A stretch of DNA of 64,000 bases from the human T2T-CHM13v2.0 reference genome, Homo sapiens. The translations under genes and the position numbers were made by a program. The notes below the pieces were generated by a model. It was given only the letters and a program-made list of their open reading frames with translations, did not search any database and was not told the origin of the DNA. Positions 1 to 14,335 of the stretch are shown one piece after another. The first letter of the stretch is position 1. Every line of letters begins with the position of its first letter. Location of the stretch: the NCBI RefSeq assembly GCF_009914755.1, contig NC_060932.1; one strand, written 5' to 3'.

Positions 1-670
1 CAGGTACCCCCAATCTCAACATATCCAGAAGAACACTCTTGGCTCACTCCATGCTTTTGCTCAGTGTTCTTTCTAGCAATGAATGGTGATACCATCCATC
101 TGTTGCTCAGTTTGGAAAGCAAGTCTTATCCACACTAAGGTTTCCAAAATATGACTGTGGCTCCTGAGCACTCTTGGGGTAAATTAAAATCTCTTTATCA
201 CAATTTTGATGGTTTCTCATATTTCCTCTTCATATCTAACTCTGACTCTTCCTTCTATCCTCCAAATATATACCCTTTGGCTAAGTATAGTGATTTTTCT
301 TTTCAGTTTCCAACCCAAGTCTTTTCTTGCCTCCTAGCCTTGTCATTTGCATTCCCTCTGCCTGGAGTACTCTTTCTCTTTAAAGATCTTCCTTCACTAA
401 CCCCTATTTTTCATCTGTGTCTCATCACAAGTGCCACTTCTTCTGGGAAACCTTCCCTATCCCTTTATAGCTAGACTTTTTTTTTTCTTTTTTCAAAATG
501 CTCTCACATCGCCCTGTGTCTCGTAGAATCCCCCTTATTATATCGTACCATTTACTGTGTCATAATTATAAGATCCATAAAAGCTTGTCTACCTATGTTC
601 TTAATACAAAACACAGTTTTTTGGCACATACTAGGACCTTGATAAACATTTGATGAAAGAGTGGATAAAG
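1..670 (+). mobile_element. L2 LINE 3' remnant
   Basis: L2-like segments: ctcaacatatcca..., accatccatctgttgctcag, ttccctctgcctgga, ttctgggaaaccttccct, and tail ggcacatactagg...taaacatttgatgaa. Highly diverged. Confidence 0.65.
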
Positions 671-2294
671 TGCCCTACTAGCAAATGGCAAAACGTGTTA
701 AAAACTAAAGATTTTTTTATCCCAAGACTGTGGTCTAAGCAACTGCACTCTGCTGCCTCCATCTCAAAAAATTATTGGAATTTGGAACATAAGGCCAGGA
801 TAATTTTTAAGTAAAGCAGAGGAGGGCCAACTATTTTCAGGATAAACTTGGACAAAGCATGTAATTCCAGTTGAAAAAGCTGAAAAACCTGTACCCTTTG
901 GTGGTAAAAGTTCAAATTTATTACCATAGGAAATCAGACCTCACAAGATTTGGCTATTCTGTGAGCCAAACCAGTATAAATCAAAGGTTAACTCTGTTGT
1001 TCCATTTCAAAAGAAAATATCAACAGGAAAGTTGAAGTTTGAATAAAATGTTTCTAATACAAATTTATAATTGCTTTATAAATACAGAATCATACTACAA
1101 GGGAATATTTTTCCCTTTCCTTTAAAAAATGTAATACTTTTGTTTAACATTAAGGCTCTAGTCTACAACTCTTCAAAAGTAACTCTTTGCAATTGCTTAT
1201 TTAAAAGTGTGGCCACCTAAAGTGAAGTCTTTCAGGAATACTGCATGTGGTCACAACAGGTTTTCAAAGCATACTTTCCACCCTTCAAGCCAAGACTATA
1301 AGCTAATGCTTCCTTTTTCTTTTTATATATTTTTTTCTAATAAGAGGATTTTTTTCTAAATAAAAGTCTTTTAGCCCCAGAGAATCATCAGAGCCCTTAT
1401 TAATCGATGCTTTTATTTGATAGAATGCACATTATTATTTGAAATCACTTACTTATCATAATTATAAAGCAGTATTACAGGGGCCCACCCTATCCACAGG
1501 GTGCACAGGCAACCCAAGTGCAGTAATAGCCTGTTTCCACTCACCTGAGAAATATTAACCATTCACCAAGGAAAACATATTCCATCATCAATGTATTCGT
1601 ATTACATTCACTACATATCATAGTGTTGGAGATGGCAATAGCAGGTCGATTTCTGTTTTTTCTTTTTTCTTTATTTTTTTTTTTAAACAGTACATGAAAA
1701 GGTCTTTCTTTTTCACTCTTTAACCTCAGTCTGATTTGTGTCCAGTTTTTCAACCTGGCAATACATTTTTCATCAAAGCAAGGAGATACACAGTAGAAAT
1801 ACCACACTATGTCTTGTCTAGCATATCCATCAGGTTACATGGGGCTAAGTTTAAAATAGTCATATGAGGCATAAAACTACCTCATTCAAAAACAGAAACA
1901 CAAAATTAGGAAATTGATGAGCCTGGGGATTGAACTTCATTTTGCAATGGGTTGTTATGTCACCTGAATCGCTAAGCTGGCTTGGCCCAGGAGGACCCAG
2001 AAGATCGGGTCCCTAGATCTGTGCTTGATTCAGATCTGGATTTATTCTACCTCTAAGGCTGTGTCTGCCCAGTTAAACGTTAGCAAAAATTAACTGGAAA
2101 ATTAGATTATTGTGCCTTTTGTGTTAAAAAGCAAAATGAAATACAATTTAAAACCTTCCAGGACTATTTATACTTATATTTTTTGCAAATAAGGATTTTT
2201 TAAAATGTTGTAGTCTGTAAGTCCTTATCTGAAAAAAATAAGTAATTCTATGATTAGGCTTATTTTATCCTTTATAATAAAAATTCAAATTTCT

Positions 2295-2415
2295 TGTCTA
2301 CCCACCCCTCCATGCCCTCTGTGAGATTCTAATTCGCTTGTGGGGCCTAGGAATCTGCATTTCAGCAGTGCTCCAGGCAATGTGTGGGCCATATTTTGGG
2401 GAAACAAAATGTTCT
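2295..2415. mobile_element. MER5-like hAT-Charlie MITE fragment
   Basis: gagattctaatt...tggggcctaggaatctgcattt...ctccagg resembles the MER5 core. Confidence 0.55.
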
Positions 2416-2519
2416 AGATGAATCTAGAGGAGCTCTTTCTATTAAATCAAACATTCTTCTACTCAAAGACAAATTCCACTTTGTTCAGTATAGAGTTGTT
2501 GGTAGAAGTACATTATAGG

Positions 2520-2640
2520 AGTTTCGTGACCCTGGACAAATTCCATCCTCCTTAAACCTCAGTTTTCTCATTGTAGATGGAAGGGATCTTACTATCTTTT
2601 ACAGTTATTTGGCAGCTTATCTGAGATAACTGAAAAACTA
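2520..2640 (+). mobile_element. MIR SINE fragment
   Basis: gtgaccctggacaaatt...aaacctcagttttctcattgtagatgg, the MIR core. Confidence 0.65.
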
Positions 2641-3522
2641 GCTCCCTGCACAGAGAGAAAGATGCTTCCCTCTCTTTTCTCATCCATTCGTTTCTCTAGG
2701 TTTGCTGCTGCTGCATTTTGTACAAATCTTTTGCCTGTTATTAATGTGTTTCTTCCATCTCTGCTGATCTAGATTTTACCTGTTGTCCAAAGTCAGGGGT
2801 GAATGCTACTAAAACCCCTCAGGCCCTCAAATGGAAAGAATCTTTTGTTACCCAAACTCCCATACAGTTAAAATACCTCTGTCTCTTATTGCATTAACCG
2901 TATTTTACTGTATAAAATACTTATAATGTCTGTATATATTATCTCTTTTATGATCTCTTTTATTATATGTTATCTCTCTGATTGGGTTTCACCTTTGTGC
3001 CCTACAGTAAGTAAAATGTCTTTGGCTTTAAAGGTACTCACTGATTTAAAGGGCATAGGAATGGACATAGTTTGTTAGACTATAATAACAACTCTGATAT
3101 ACATTTATTAAACACATCATATTTATCCTGCAATCTGCTAGGTCCTATATGTGTTTGGTACCATGAAGGTAAAACATCTAAATAATTGACTCTGTGTTGA
3201 GCTCTTTATTTGGTTATGTGGACATCTTTCTTGTATGGCCTGTTAAATGGTTCATTAAATGTTAAATGTTTGTCATGTGAATAAATGAACCAAAAAATAC
3301 CTAGAACCTTGTAGACTTATATTTTATTAGAGTGTACACATCTGTGTTCTATGTTATATAAAGATATATTAAATTATTTTTCTTTTTAACACCTTCAGCT
3401 GTTCTTTCTTTTTGAGTACACGTGTGTACATGAACAAGCGTTTGGGTGAAGTTTTATAAAGCAAAAACAGAACAATGTACAAAATTAAAATAATTTGTGT
3501 CTCTTTGTTCTTGCCATTTCAG

Positions 3523-3631
3523 ATGATGGAAAATTATCCTTTGAAGAATTCAAAGCATATTTTGCAGATGGTGTTCTCAGTGGAGAAGAATTACACGAGC
3601 TTTTCCATACCATTGATACACATAATACTAA
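3523..3631 (+). CDS. NECAB1: NECAB1 coding exon (probably exon 3), 109 nt; end of EF-hand 1 loop through start of EF-hand 2 loop
   Basis: Acceptor ctctttgttcttgccatttcAG (3521-3522), donor AA|GTAAGA (3632). Phase-1 translation (D)[35 protein letters not shown](N) matches the NECAB1 protein as I recall it. Confidence 0.96.
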
Positions 3632-4699
3632 GTAAGAAACTTTTTTATCACTGGATTCCACAAGTGAGGCACAGAGAGCGTGAATGCATTCATGTCCAGG
3701 AAGAAGAAAGGGAAGAACAATATAGAGGGTATATTTTGCCAAGTTTGCCTATGCTTAATTCTGAGATACCTCTTTAGTAATTAAAATTGCTCTGAAAAAT
3801 TGACTTTGAATCAGAAAATAATGATCTTTTGTAGAAAGCTCCCCTGAAGTGTTTTTAGATTGTTCCCACTTTGCAGAATGTAAAACAAAGTATAAATTAT
3901 AAATAAATATAGTTCTGCCATTAATTTAAAAAGTAGAATTTTACCTTGTTATTTAGGCTTAATCTCAATTTGCTTTGTTTAAAAATTATTCTTAGGCCAT
4001 TCTTACATTAACACAGTGAAAAGGAAGAATTGTAGCAGTTATCTGGACAATTCAGGTGTGCTGAATTCCAAATCACTGTTACCTGAGGACATAATTATCT
4101 CTGGAGAGCCAATGTATATGGTGATCCATTCTTTTACTTATTTTGCCTATATAGATCTCTCTTTTGTATTAGCATAACATTTCTGAAGTTTCTATTTATA
4201 TTCTCACTATGCTTAAAAATATAAAATAATGAGGACTTTAGGGTATAGAGCAATAGAAATATGCTGCTTGTTTTGGGCAATTGAACCAAATCAGATTATT
4301 TGTGACAGTCACAGTTACAAAACGCTTATATGAAAAACCACCATTTCAACCATGTCTTCAGACCTATCAGTGTGTCCATTGCTTGAAAAATCATTATATT
4401 TCCTTAGGCAAAGTGTTGAGATGGCTCCAGGCAGTGAGCCAAGATGCCAAGAAAATGCTCTTGGGCTACATCTATAAACAGACATTTTTTTGAAGCTAAC
4501 TATTAAGAAAAATTAAAAGATTAAATTCACTTTACTCAAGCTGTTGAATATTTTTTAAACAACCAATTTAGAAGTTTCTTGACTTCATTGGGGTTTCAAA
4601 TTCTTCATCAAACAGCTTAAGTATTTTGTTGACAGAAACAGTATTCATGGGTAACTATACTCAACAATAACTCTAGCATATCAAGTCCATAGTAGGTAT

Positions 4700-5220
4700 T
4701 GGTGGTACAACATGGAACCAGCTTATGGTTTTATGGAGAAATAGACCAATCAGCTGATCGTATCAATATAATTCATAAATGCTGTAATTGAGCTATGTAC
4801 AGGACACTTTTGGACCATAAGTCCCAAAAGGGAAGAAATTTTAGCCCAATTTTTTAGGCTCGGGGAATATTTACAGGATCTGAGTCATTATGAGAGATTA
4901 CAAATTCCTTAGGTAAAGAAAGGGGTGGGGAGAAGAATATTCTAATCAGAGGGAGAAGCATGAGAAAAGTCCTGGAAGAAGAAGGTGAAGAGCAGCAACA
5001 AGTAGTTTCTTACTACTAAAGTATCAGCTGGAAGGCTGAGAGTGAAAGATGAATCTGGAGAGGAAAGAAAGGACCAGACAAGATGGAATTTGCATTCTGT
5101 GTTTGCAAAAGTGCTTCAACTTTATCCTGAAGGCCAGGGAAAACTATTAAGGAAATTGAGCCAGGCTGCAACGTCTTTATAGGTAATTGTGGATCTACTT
5201 AAGGACAGGCTTAAAGGGGT
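4700..5220 (-). mobile_element. L2 LINE remnant
   Basis: Purine-rich L2-minus motifs: gagggagaagcatgagaaaag, gatgaatctggagagg, actttatcctgaaggccagggaaaactattaagg. Confidence 0.6.
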
Positions 5221-6059
5221 AATAGTTGACTCCTTAAATCGCTACTGGGGAAGAATGTTTATTCGTGAAAGAAAGAAAGCCATGTTGCACTTTACTGGGA
5301 TATGATGCTTTAAAGAATAAAAGAGCAGAGGCTCCCCTTGCGGCTTAGGTGTTGGACGTTGAGATGCTAATGCTTTGTTATGTATGCTGATTATTTCTTC
5401 CTCGTTACAATTAGTATTGAAGTTTAAACAACATTTGGGTTTGGAATATTTATTGAAAGCCATAATAGTTCCAGAATTGGGTGTTATGAAGATTTTTAAT
5501 ATGTTACATTTAATTTATATTAATATTAATATTTATTCATACTAATGAAAAATAAAGTTTTCAATAGATCTTGTTAGCCTGTTTTGCTATTTTATTTATA
5601 TAATTATTAATTTGGATTACTTGGCATAGCTTTAAGACTACTAAATGTTAAAGAAGTATATGTAATGATTTATACAGTAAGTCTAAAGGAATAATTATTA
5701 CTACCAGTTTCTCTCATATGCATTAGTAACAGGTGTTTTCTGATCATAATGATGTTCAACTTTAATTTGGAGCTAAAGTGTATATTAGGTAGAGACTTCT
5801 GAATTATATTCATGAAATTCCTTTTTTTCTTAAGAAGGGATATCAGTGTCAGTCTTTGATCTTTTACTGAGATTAATTCAAATGTTGGCACAGAAATTTT
5901 GGAGCTATATTTGAAGCAACTGATAACTTTTATCTTTGCATGATCCAAGTTTTAATTATTTTAACAAATGCACTATATATGCCAATTATTTTCTCCTTCC
6001 ACTCACCTTCTAAGAAGATAAGTTTTCCTCCAAATCCTGCCTCTGTTCATATCCCTGAC

Positions 6060-6347
6060 CACTCTAATTTAATCAAGAGTACAGCCTGGCCTGAAGGAGT
6101 CAGTCATACATAACCTGGACCAAAACAGTCAGACTCACTGTCTCACACTGTTTATGGTAGGCTGTGAGAGTCAGAGTCTATGAACATTTGCTGCTGAGGC
6201 CCCTGTGGCTACCCAGCTCCTGCCTTTCCTTATGTCTGGAGTTGTGACTTCACTTTGGAGTCCATTAAATTGGTATCTCCCTAATACACTGCATTTTCTT
6301 GAACTTGTTTAAGATTCTGTTCCTTGTGAAAGAATGTTCTAAGACAG
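6060..6347 (+). mobile_element. possible old ERVL-type LTR remnant (LTR16/LTR33-like)
   Basis: 3' end ...aagattctgttccttgtgaaagaatgttctaagaca resembles ERVL LTR termini; weak match. Confidence 0.35.
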
Positions 6348-8549
6348 TGTTACCCAATCACAGTCCTGCCATCTCTAAAAATTCAAGTCTTTTTGCTACA
6401 AATATTATATTTGCCATGCTTGAGGAGTGACTTATCCACTTTGAGAATATTTGGAAAGAAAGAAGGAAAATAATAAGAACATATCTGGCTACTTAATTTT
6501 TTTCCTTTTATCTCATGAAAATACTCTTAAAATATTATGCTTGATTATGAAAAGCAAATATTGTTCAGAAGCATAATTAGAGCTTGTGTCTATAGTGCAG
6601 TATAATTATTTTAAATGTCAAAATTAAGTACATTATTCCTCATAAAATTACATTAAAAAAGCATCATGTAAACTTATGGACTTTAAAAGGTCATGTTTTA
6701 TAAGTTGCTTTTAAATGAACAAATGATAAATATAGAGTAGTGTAATTATTTAAAAAAAAGTCTTAAGAAAACAAAAATATATTGCCCTCTTCACACAAAT
6801 TTAGATAGCAGTCATAATTCCCAAATCTAACTCTACTGGTTTTTCTCTTTTGTTTTAGTCACTTATTTCTTTAATCTTTCATTTTAAGAAATCAATATGT
6901 TCATTTGAGAAATTTCCTTAAGAGTAGTTCACTGCAGTTTTTTTTTTTTTTCTTTTGTATGCCCTGGAATTACTTGGATCTTTTCAGTCAGGTTTTCTCT
7001 CAGGAATGCAAATAAATCCCAGAAAAACAAACCCCAAATACATTTAACCTCAAAATAACTATGCAAAGATTTCTGCAAAGATTTTTGTATATGAATATTA
7101 CCAAGGTTGGAGATATTTCAGGTCTTAATCATAGAGAATGTTTTTAGTGCATTTCAAAACCAAACTACCTGTATCAACCACATGTCCTTATATGCTAAGG
7201 AAAGTGTCTAGCAGTTGTAATCACCTTTCAAGCCTGCCCAGGCACAAGCTTAAGCTCAGTGCTCAGTATAATCTCACTCTAATGAGAATTCCATGAATCA
7301 TCCTACTTGTTTGTTGCTGTATTAGAATCCTTGTATAGTGACTGTTTGCCAGAATTCCTAATCTATATATCCTGAAGATTTCATTCAGAGCAGCAACTTT
7401 AGAAGTGAAAAGAACCCTGAGTAAAAGTAAGAGAAATTTGAAGGCATGGGAAACCCAGCTTTCCATCACCTTTTAAATTATTAAATTGATAGATATTTTT
7501 CATTATGTTCAGACATTTGGAAAGTTTTCCTGAGTTTTTCTTGCATATAGTAATTGATTGAGTGTAGAACAAAAGACCAGCTTCTTTCTGTTGATGGTAC
7601 TTGGGATATTTTGCATGGCAAAGGAGAAGAAAGTCAAATATGTTTTTGTCATCAGGGCAAAGTATTGCTGAAAACTTTGATTTTTCTCAAGCTTTAAGAG
7701 AAGTGCATACAATTTAATATTCTGAAGTAACCTGAAGGATATCATGTCCACCTTATAAAACTTTCATAATTTCCCAGATTTTTGTCAAGCCTCATTTTAA
7801 CTGTATTATTTCTGGGCCAAATATGCTTAATCTTCCATTTTCTTTTAAAAAATTGTTAATCTCTCAATCATTGTAGTGAGCCTTATTGCACCCTTTCCAG
7901 ACTCATTAAAGATGTTTTAAACTCACGTTTTTCTCAACTTTTATAAAGTTACTCTTCAGAAAAGATACTTAGAGCCCTTAAAATTTGTTTGTAAAAGAAA
8001 CTAACCTAGCAAAAACTAAATCTATAGCTTGGTAGCTTACAAATTGGAACCATCACACCAGTTAAAGAGCAAGAATAAATACAGGAAAGATCATTAAGAG
8101 GAAACTTCCATGGTTCCTCAAAAGTGTTCTTATTCATCAGAAAGTTAGTCTGTCTACATTTTGCAGTTAGCTATAGGAAACTATGATGAATTTAGCATAA
8201 ATCCTTGTGATGTTAATTATAGTAGAGAAAGGGGAGAGATCCCCTGGAGACCAAAACCAATTTTCCCAGCACACTGCACTTTGGAGTACCAGATTGTTAG
8301 GGTACATCAAATGGTAGACCAGATGGACGTTTCACTTCTGTGTCAGAGAGTGAACATACAGAAAAGCATCCCAGGGCCCTCAGATGGGAGTCTGTGGCTA
8401 GAGATAGATGACTGATATCTTCTGATCAAGTGTTCTTTATTCCAAGCTAAAACAATTTTTTGGGTGCTGAGCACTGGGATTTCAACCCAGTACTTGTTAA
8501 ATCACTGAAGCACACCAGAGTGACAAAAATATCACCACCTACTAAAAGA

Positions 8550-8715
8550 GCATAGTCCATCTTGAGCTAGCTCTGAAAGTTTAAAAAGCTCTTTTTTAAA
8601 CCAAACTGAAATCTGTCTCTCTTAACTTCTACTTGGTTCTGCTCTGTAGGGCCGTTCAGAATATGAATATTTTATGACAAGTCTTTCTAATATTTGAAGA
8701 CAGTTTTCATGTGCC
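8550..8715 (-). mobile_element. L3/CR1 LINE remnant
   Basis: ctgaaatctgtctctcttaacttctac...gttctgctct...atgacaagtctttctaatatttgaagacagttttcatgt resembles the CR1/L3 3' region. Confidence 0.55.
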
Positions 8716-9714
8716 AATGAGATAAAGTCCCATAATAATTGGAAAGTAATGATTTCAAAGGTTTTGTTTCAGATGGCAGAATTTTGCTCCTTTGGAAACA
8801 GAAAAAGTGCTTCACCTTGTATTTGTGCAGGCAGATACATTCTAAAGCTTGATGAGTTAGGTGATGAAGCCCCTTTCTTTCTTGAGTTATCTTTTACACT
8901 GCTTAAGTGGACATACGCTGTGGGCAGTAGCAAAAGAAGGAAGGGTCAGTGCTCATGGAATAGGCAGTAAGTTGGTCCAAAGAGCATGGAGCACAATCTG
9001 CATGACATTGCAACTACAAAGCTTATTGCAATTCCAATAGTGGACAAGAGAGATCTCCTGCTTAACATAGCTTATACCATCTTCAACTAAGCTGAAGTCT
9101 TGGAAAGCAGTACCAAGACTTAAGTTCCTGGAGAATAGAGCAGGCCACAGTCCCAGGTACTCAGCTAAGCAAGTGTGGTATGACTGAGAGATACACAGGA
9201 AGGAACAAGAAAAGAGAGAGAGATGGTGTGGCTATATATCAAGAGAACAAAGTAAAGATCAAAGTCCAGAGTACATCAGACTAACATGCAATGAACAAAC
9301 CGGGCTTGCCAGGCTTGGGTTTCAGCAATACAAATTTGGCCAAGGAGCCATGGCAGAACTGTGCTCCAGGTATTCAGACAAGCCCTGAACTGGCCATCAG
9401 TAAACTAGCAGAGAACACAGAGTCCAGTTAGAACTTCTTTCTATCCATGAACCGAGGCTTGGCTGTGGAAACTAGGCAGTGGGCTGATCTTTGTCCAGGC
9501 TTTAAGTAGCTTTCTTGGCATAAGCAGATACAGGCCAGCAGATGTATGCTTTTTTTGAGAGAGAGGCATGATTTTCAGAATACTTTGCATGCCAGATGAG
9601 GGATGGAGTCAGAGGAACCACAAAGCTGTGGAGAGAATAACATACTTTTGACAGATTTTTCTCAACTCCTCTTAGGCCCTACTTGAGAGAAGTCACAGCA
9701 GGGCAAATGATTTT

Positions 9715-10180
9715 GTAGTAGGCAAGAATTATTGGATGTGAGTGACAGAAACAAATTAAGCTGACTTAAGGAAATAATTGTCTGGCTCACATGTCTTATA
9801 GGTCCAGAGATAGATTTCATGTGTGCTGGAGGTAGCTACTCAAATGGTGTTGCTGAAAAATCTGTCTCCCATCATCTCTCACCTCTTCTTTTGATGGTGT
9901 TAGCTGTTCTCTTGGGAGGGCCCTCTCGCTGAGAGGCCAAGATGGTTACTAGAAGCTCAAGGTTCATATTGCCACTGGCTTAGCAAATACTCAGAGAAAC
10001 TGCTTTTATTTCCCAATAACTCTCAGCAATTCCTGGTTTTGAATTATGATAGCCTGGCTTAGATCTCATGCATATCCCTGGACAAATCAGCATTTTCAAG
10101 AAAACATAATGCAAAATAGAACTAGGATGCTGTTTCAGAATAAAGGTGAATAGATGCCAGGCAGGCAAAACTTGAGTCCC
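9715..10180 (-). mobile_element. MLT1 (J/K/L-like) ERVL-MaLR solo LTR
   Basis: gtgagtgacagaaacaaattaagctgacttaagg...ggctcacatg and ggccaagatggttactagaagctc, typical of old MLT1 in minus orientation. Confidence 0.6.
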
Positions 10181-11429
10181 CCGCAGATCAAATAACTGCT
10201 TATTCAGCCTCAAGGACTTCTCTTTACCCTCTCATATTTTAGAGGAAGATAATCTCCTTCCCCAAGAGGGCAAGGGGCATGAAGTTTAAACTCCAGAGAG
10301 TTCTTACTAATTGTGGGATCAATCAGGAAAATCTGCAGCTATCTATAATGGGAAACACTGAAGTCAGGGAGAATTCTGTTGTCAGACTTCCTGGTCCCAC
10401 TGAGCTGCCCAGGGTTCTATCCCCTGACACCCTCGCCCTTCCTGACCATCTGATTGTTTCCATTCCCAGGAGTCCTGCTTTCCCATTCTCTTCCTAGTAC
10501 AGCCATGCCTCTGATGCCCTTCTTTTCTCCTAATGGTCTTGACAGCTCTTTGTATTTTCAGCAACTTCCAAAACTTAGATTTTGTAACATCTGGTTTTCT
10601 TCTCCTTAGCCTTTCTCTGTAATCACCCCCTTAGTATAGATGTTCTGGGAAATTCTCACATACTGTGCTACACTTATTTCTTGAGAATTTAAAAATTATG
10701 AAGAATTATGTACAAAGCTAAGAAACACTATTTGATTATATCCTATACAGGTGTGCTTTTTACCACATTTTTAGAGGCTGAAAATTGAAGTCTTACACTT
10801 TTACCAGGACTCACTCTAAACCATTACTGGGCCTACGATTATTGATTCCATTTGGATATTAGAACTAACCTGTAGCCATTGGATTTCCTTATCATTCACT
10901 GATTTTTAGGTCTGCTTTTCACTTCAACAATTACTGAAACCCATTTACTTGCTTTAACTGAAACCCATTTACTTGCTTTGAGAATCTTTGATAAGCTCAC
11001 AAAGATATGGAGAGAGAAAAAACCCAAAGTGGTTTTAAAAACTCTTCTTTCCTAGGAAGGCATTTCACTGGCATCACTACCATCTCCTTCTAAATCAGGC
11101 CACTCCACAACCTGCAGTGTGGATTGGGGCACTGCATTCTTCCCTGGAGGAAGAGTGCAGAATCAACAAGCCAAATTCTGCCTCATAATTAAAAGATTAG
11201 CAAAGTTTGGAGAATTTATAAAGGAGAGAATGTTAAAGGGATTTTTTCAAATGACATGGAAATGGTTTATTCTTAGTTATAATTTTTTGGAAAAAGAAAA
11301 ACTGGTTCTAATTTTCTCCGACAAAAATGGTAGTCAAGTCAAATTTTGTGTCAAGGCAGTTTCTATATAATTTCTAAAAATATTTAATTTCTAAAGGAAA
11401 TGCTTAATTTCTAATTGAATAGGAAAATG

Positions 11430-11660
11430 CATTTATGAAGTGATTATGTACCAGGCAATTAACTTGTATCATCTTATTTAATCTTTAAAAAAACCAAACA
11501 AACAAAATAAGAATGTATTGTCATTCATAGCCTACAGTTAAGCAATCTGATACAAAAAGTTAAATAACTTGCCCAAAGTTACATCAATATTATGATTAAG
11601 GGTCTGGGGTTTTCTCAGGTCTGCCTGAAAACCAAACCCAAGCTCTTTCCATTGCCATAT
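11430..11660 (-). mobile_element. MIR SINE
   Basis: tatgtaccaggca...tcttatttaatctt...gttaaataacttgcccaaagttacatc...caggtctgcctga...caagctctttcc. Confidence 0.7.
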
Positions 11661-12222
11661 CATCTCAATAAAATTTCATGTTTTTTGCTTTATATTTCAT
11701 GTATCAGAAATCAAAATATTCCAAGGCAATTTTTAAAAATCGCTTTCAGTAATTTATCCTTGATAAAAAGATGGTTAATTCTCTCTAACAGTAGAATATA
11801 TTTGATGTATACTATAGAGGTAATTGCTTTAATTGCTGCCTTTTTCTCTTCTCTTTTTATATCTATTATGTAGGGTTTTTACAGTGTGGGAGTTGCTACA
11901 ATGTAGAAATGTTATTCTTCTTTTCTGTGGACATTGTTTCCACTCTTTGCACATTTTCCCTCCTTCTATCCTACCTTTATACTTAGAAATCATCATCTAC
12001 TTTTAGACTTAGTTCCTGCCATCCTCCATCCCATCACTTTGCATTTGCCATATTTTCTCTATTGCTCTTCAGAGTACTCACAGAGTTTTACTGTTTCCTT
12101 TAATCATTTGTATTAAGGGCCTTTTCAAACTTTTTCATATCTTTTTTATATTTTCTTATCTAGAGAATTTTTTTTCTGGTTTTCATCTATTCCTCCCAAA
12201 AAAAAAGCTTAAATTCTTTTTT

Positions 12223-12325
12223 TTTAATTTTACTTTAAGTTCTGGGATACATGTGCAGAATGTGCAGGTTTGTTACGTAGGTATACATGTGCCACGGTGG
12301 TTTGCTACATCTAGCATACATGTGT
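12223..12325 (-). mobile_element. very short 5'-truncated L1PA 3' end with TSD
   Basis: ttttactttaagttctgggatacatgtgcagaatgtgcaggtttgttac...tacatgtgcc is the L1PA 3' terminus. Direct repeat ttaaattctttttt at 12209-12222 and 12326-12339. Confidence 0.85.
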
Positions 12326-12672
12326 TTAAATTCTTTTTTAAACTTAATTGAACTCTTTCTTTCCGCCAGCCATGAAAGAGTTGCCATTAGTGAAGTAAAA
12401 TCAATTACTGCTCAAAATAAAAATTGTCTACTGAGGAAGCTAGATGAATGATTTATTCACATAAATGCAGTTTTTTTCTTAAGTCATCAATATCCACCAG
12501 ATGGATGAAATCAATGCAGTAAAATTGTAACCCCAATCTCTCTAAAATACATGGTGCTCACTTCGTGGACAGTATTTTTCCTCCATTTCCAATGCCCCAA
12601 CCAATTCTGTACATTTTTCTCAAGAATGGTCAGTTTAAGAGAACAGTTACAGTTGTTCTCCATGAATTCTTA

Positions 12673-12995
<323 letters not shown>

Positions 12996-13110
12996 AAGAT
13001 TTCAGAATTTTAGAAATAAATGTAGATTACAAATAACCAAAAAGTCACTGCTTACTTTTGAAGTGCAGGTTTTTTCAAGAGCAATTTTTTAAGGAAAATA
13101 TTTCCCCCAC

Positions 13111-13467
13111 TGCTATGGTCTGAATGTATGTGTTTCTTGGAAATTTATATGTTGAAACTTAATATCCACAGTGATAGTATTAAAAGAGAGGGCCTTTGGC
13201 AAATGACTAGGTCATAAGGATTCCACCCTCATGAATGGGATGAGTGCCCTTTTATAAAAGAGCCCTGAAGGAGCTTGTGTGTCCCTTCCACTTATGTAAG
13301 GATACATAGAAAGTGCCATCGATGAGTAACAAGCCCTCATTAAACACCAAATCTGTTGGTGTCTTAATCTTCGACTTAGCCTCCAGAACTGTGAGCAATA
13401 AATTTCTGTTGCTTATAAATTACCCAGTCTGAAGTATTTGTTAGAGAAGCCCAAAAGGACTAAGACA
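13111..13467 (+). mobile_element. MLT1A/MLT1A0 solo LTR
   Basis: tgctatggtctgaatgt...aataaatttctgttgcttataaattacccagtct...gactaagaca; TG...CA ends; 5-bp TSD cccac/ctcac. Confidence 0.85.
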
Positions 13468-14159
13468 CTCACAAACCAAATAATATAAACAGTACATAAT
13501 TATTGTAAAAAGAGTTGAAAATATAGAAAATTAGAAGAAAGAGCATAAAATATCTGAAACCTCACAATCTTGAGATAATCACCAATAGCATTTGGTTACC
13601 ATAGCTTTTATGTATGCATTCTATTTTAATCATGGAAAACTCTTGCTTTTAGATTTCTTTTCCTTTTCTACCCTCTATCCTTATACTATCCCCCATAACC
13701 AATCTTTATCACCTAAATTGGTCTTGTGTATTTTTTCCATGTTTATGTAATCATATACACATCTATATGTCTCATGAAAGCTTTCCCTGACTTTCTTTTT
13801 TTTTTTTTTTAAAAGAGCCCGCATCGACTTTCTTTATTAGTTTAAAATTTCTATTCTGCATTCTCATTGTAACATGGACTGCTCTTTACAGCCCCTATAT
13901 TATTTACAATTTTATATTTATTAGGGTGTTTATTTGACTGGGATTTACTGCTAGCCTAAATTCCACGAAGGCAGAGGCCATAACTATCTTGCTTTTCATT
14001 GATTCTCAGCATAGTGTTTAGCACATATTGCAAGCTCAATAAACATTTGAGATGATAAGAGATAAATTCCTGCTTCCTCAAATCTCATGCTATGCCTGAC
14101 TAGCCTTGCTCTTCTTAGCATAGTAAAGTTTTCCAGGCATTAGAGGCCACTCAATGCCA

Positions 14160-14335
14160 TAAAAAGCAGTATTGCTATGCAGAAAGAACTCAGACTTGCG
14201 AGGCTTGGGCTTATGTCCCTCCACTATCTGTCTATGAGGAGTTTGGGTGGTCATTTCCTTTCATTGGACCACAATTTCATTGGCTTTAAAAGGGAGCCAA
14301 CATAAGAACCCATTTTGCGGAATTTAGGACTAATA
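14160..14335 (+). mobile_element. MIR SINE (flanked by short L2 tails near 13940-14060 and 14520-14630)
   Basis: gcagtattgctatgcagaaagaactcagactt...ccactatctgtctatga...ggtcattt; diverged. Confidence 0.5.

Noticed and set aside
1539-1547. Perfect antisense donor CAG|GTGAGT suggesting an antisense exon
   Set aside because: No matching acceptor or partner exon found; isolated motifs are expected by chance.
3475-3777. 100-aa ORF overlapping exon 3
   Set aside because: It is in a different frame from the EF-hand sequence and runs through both splice sites; incidental.
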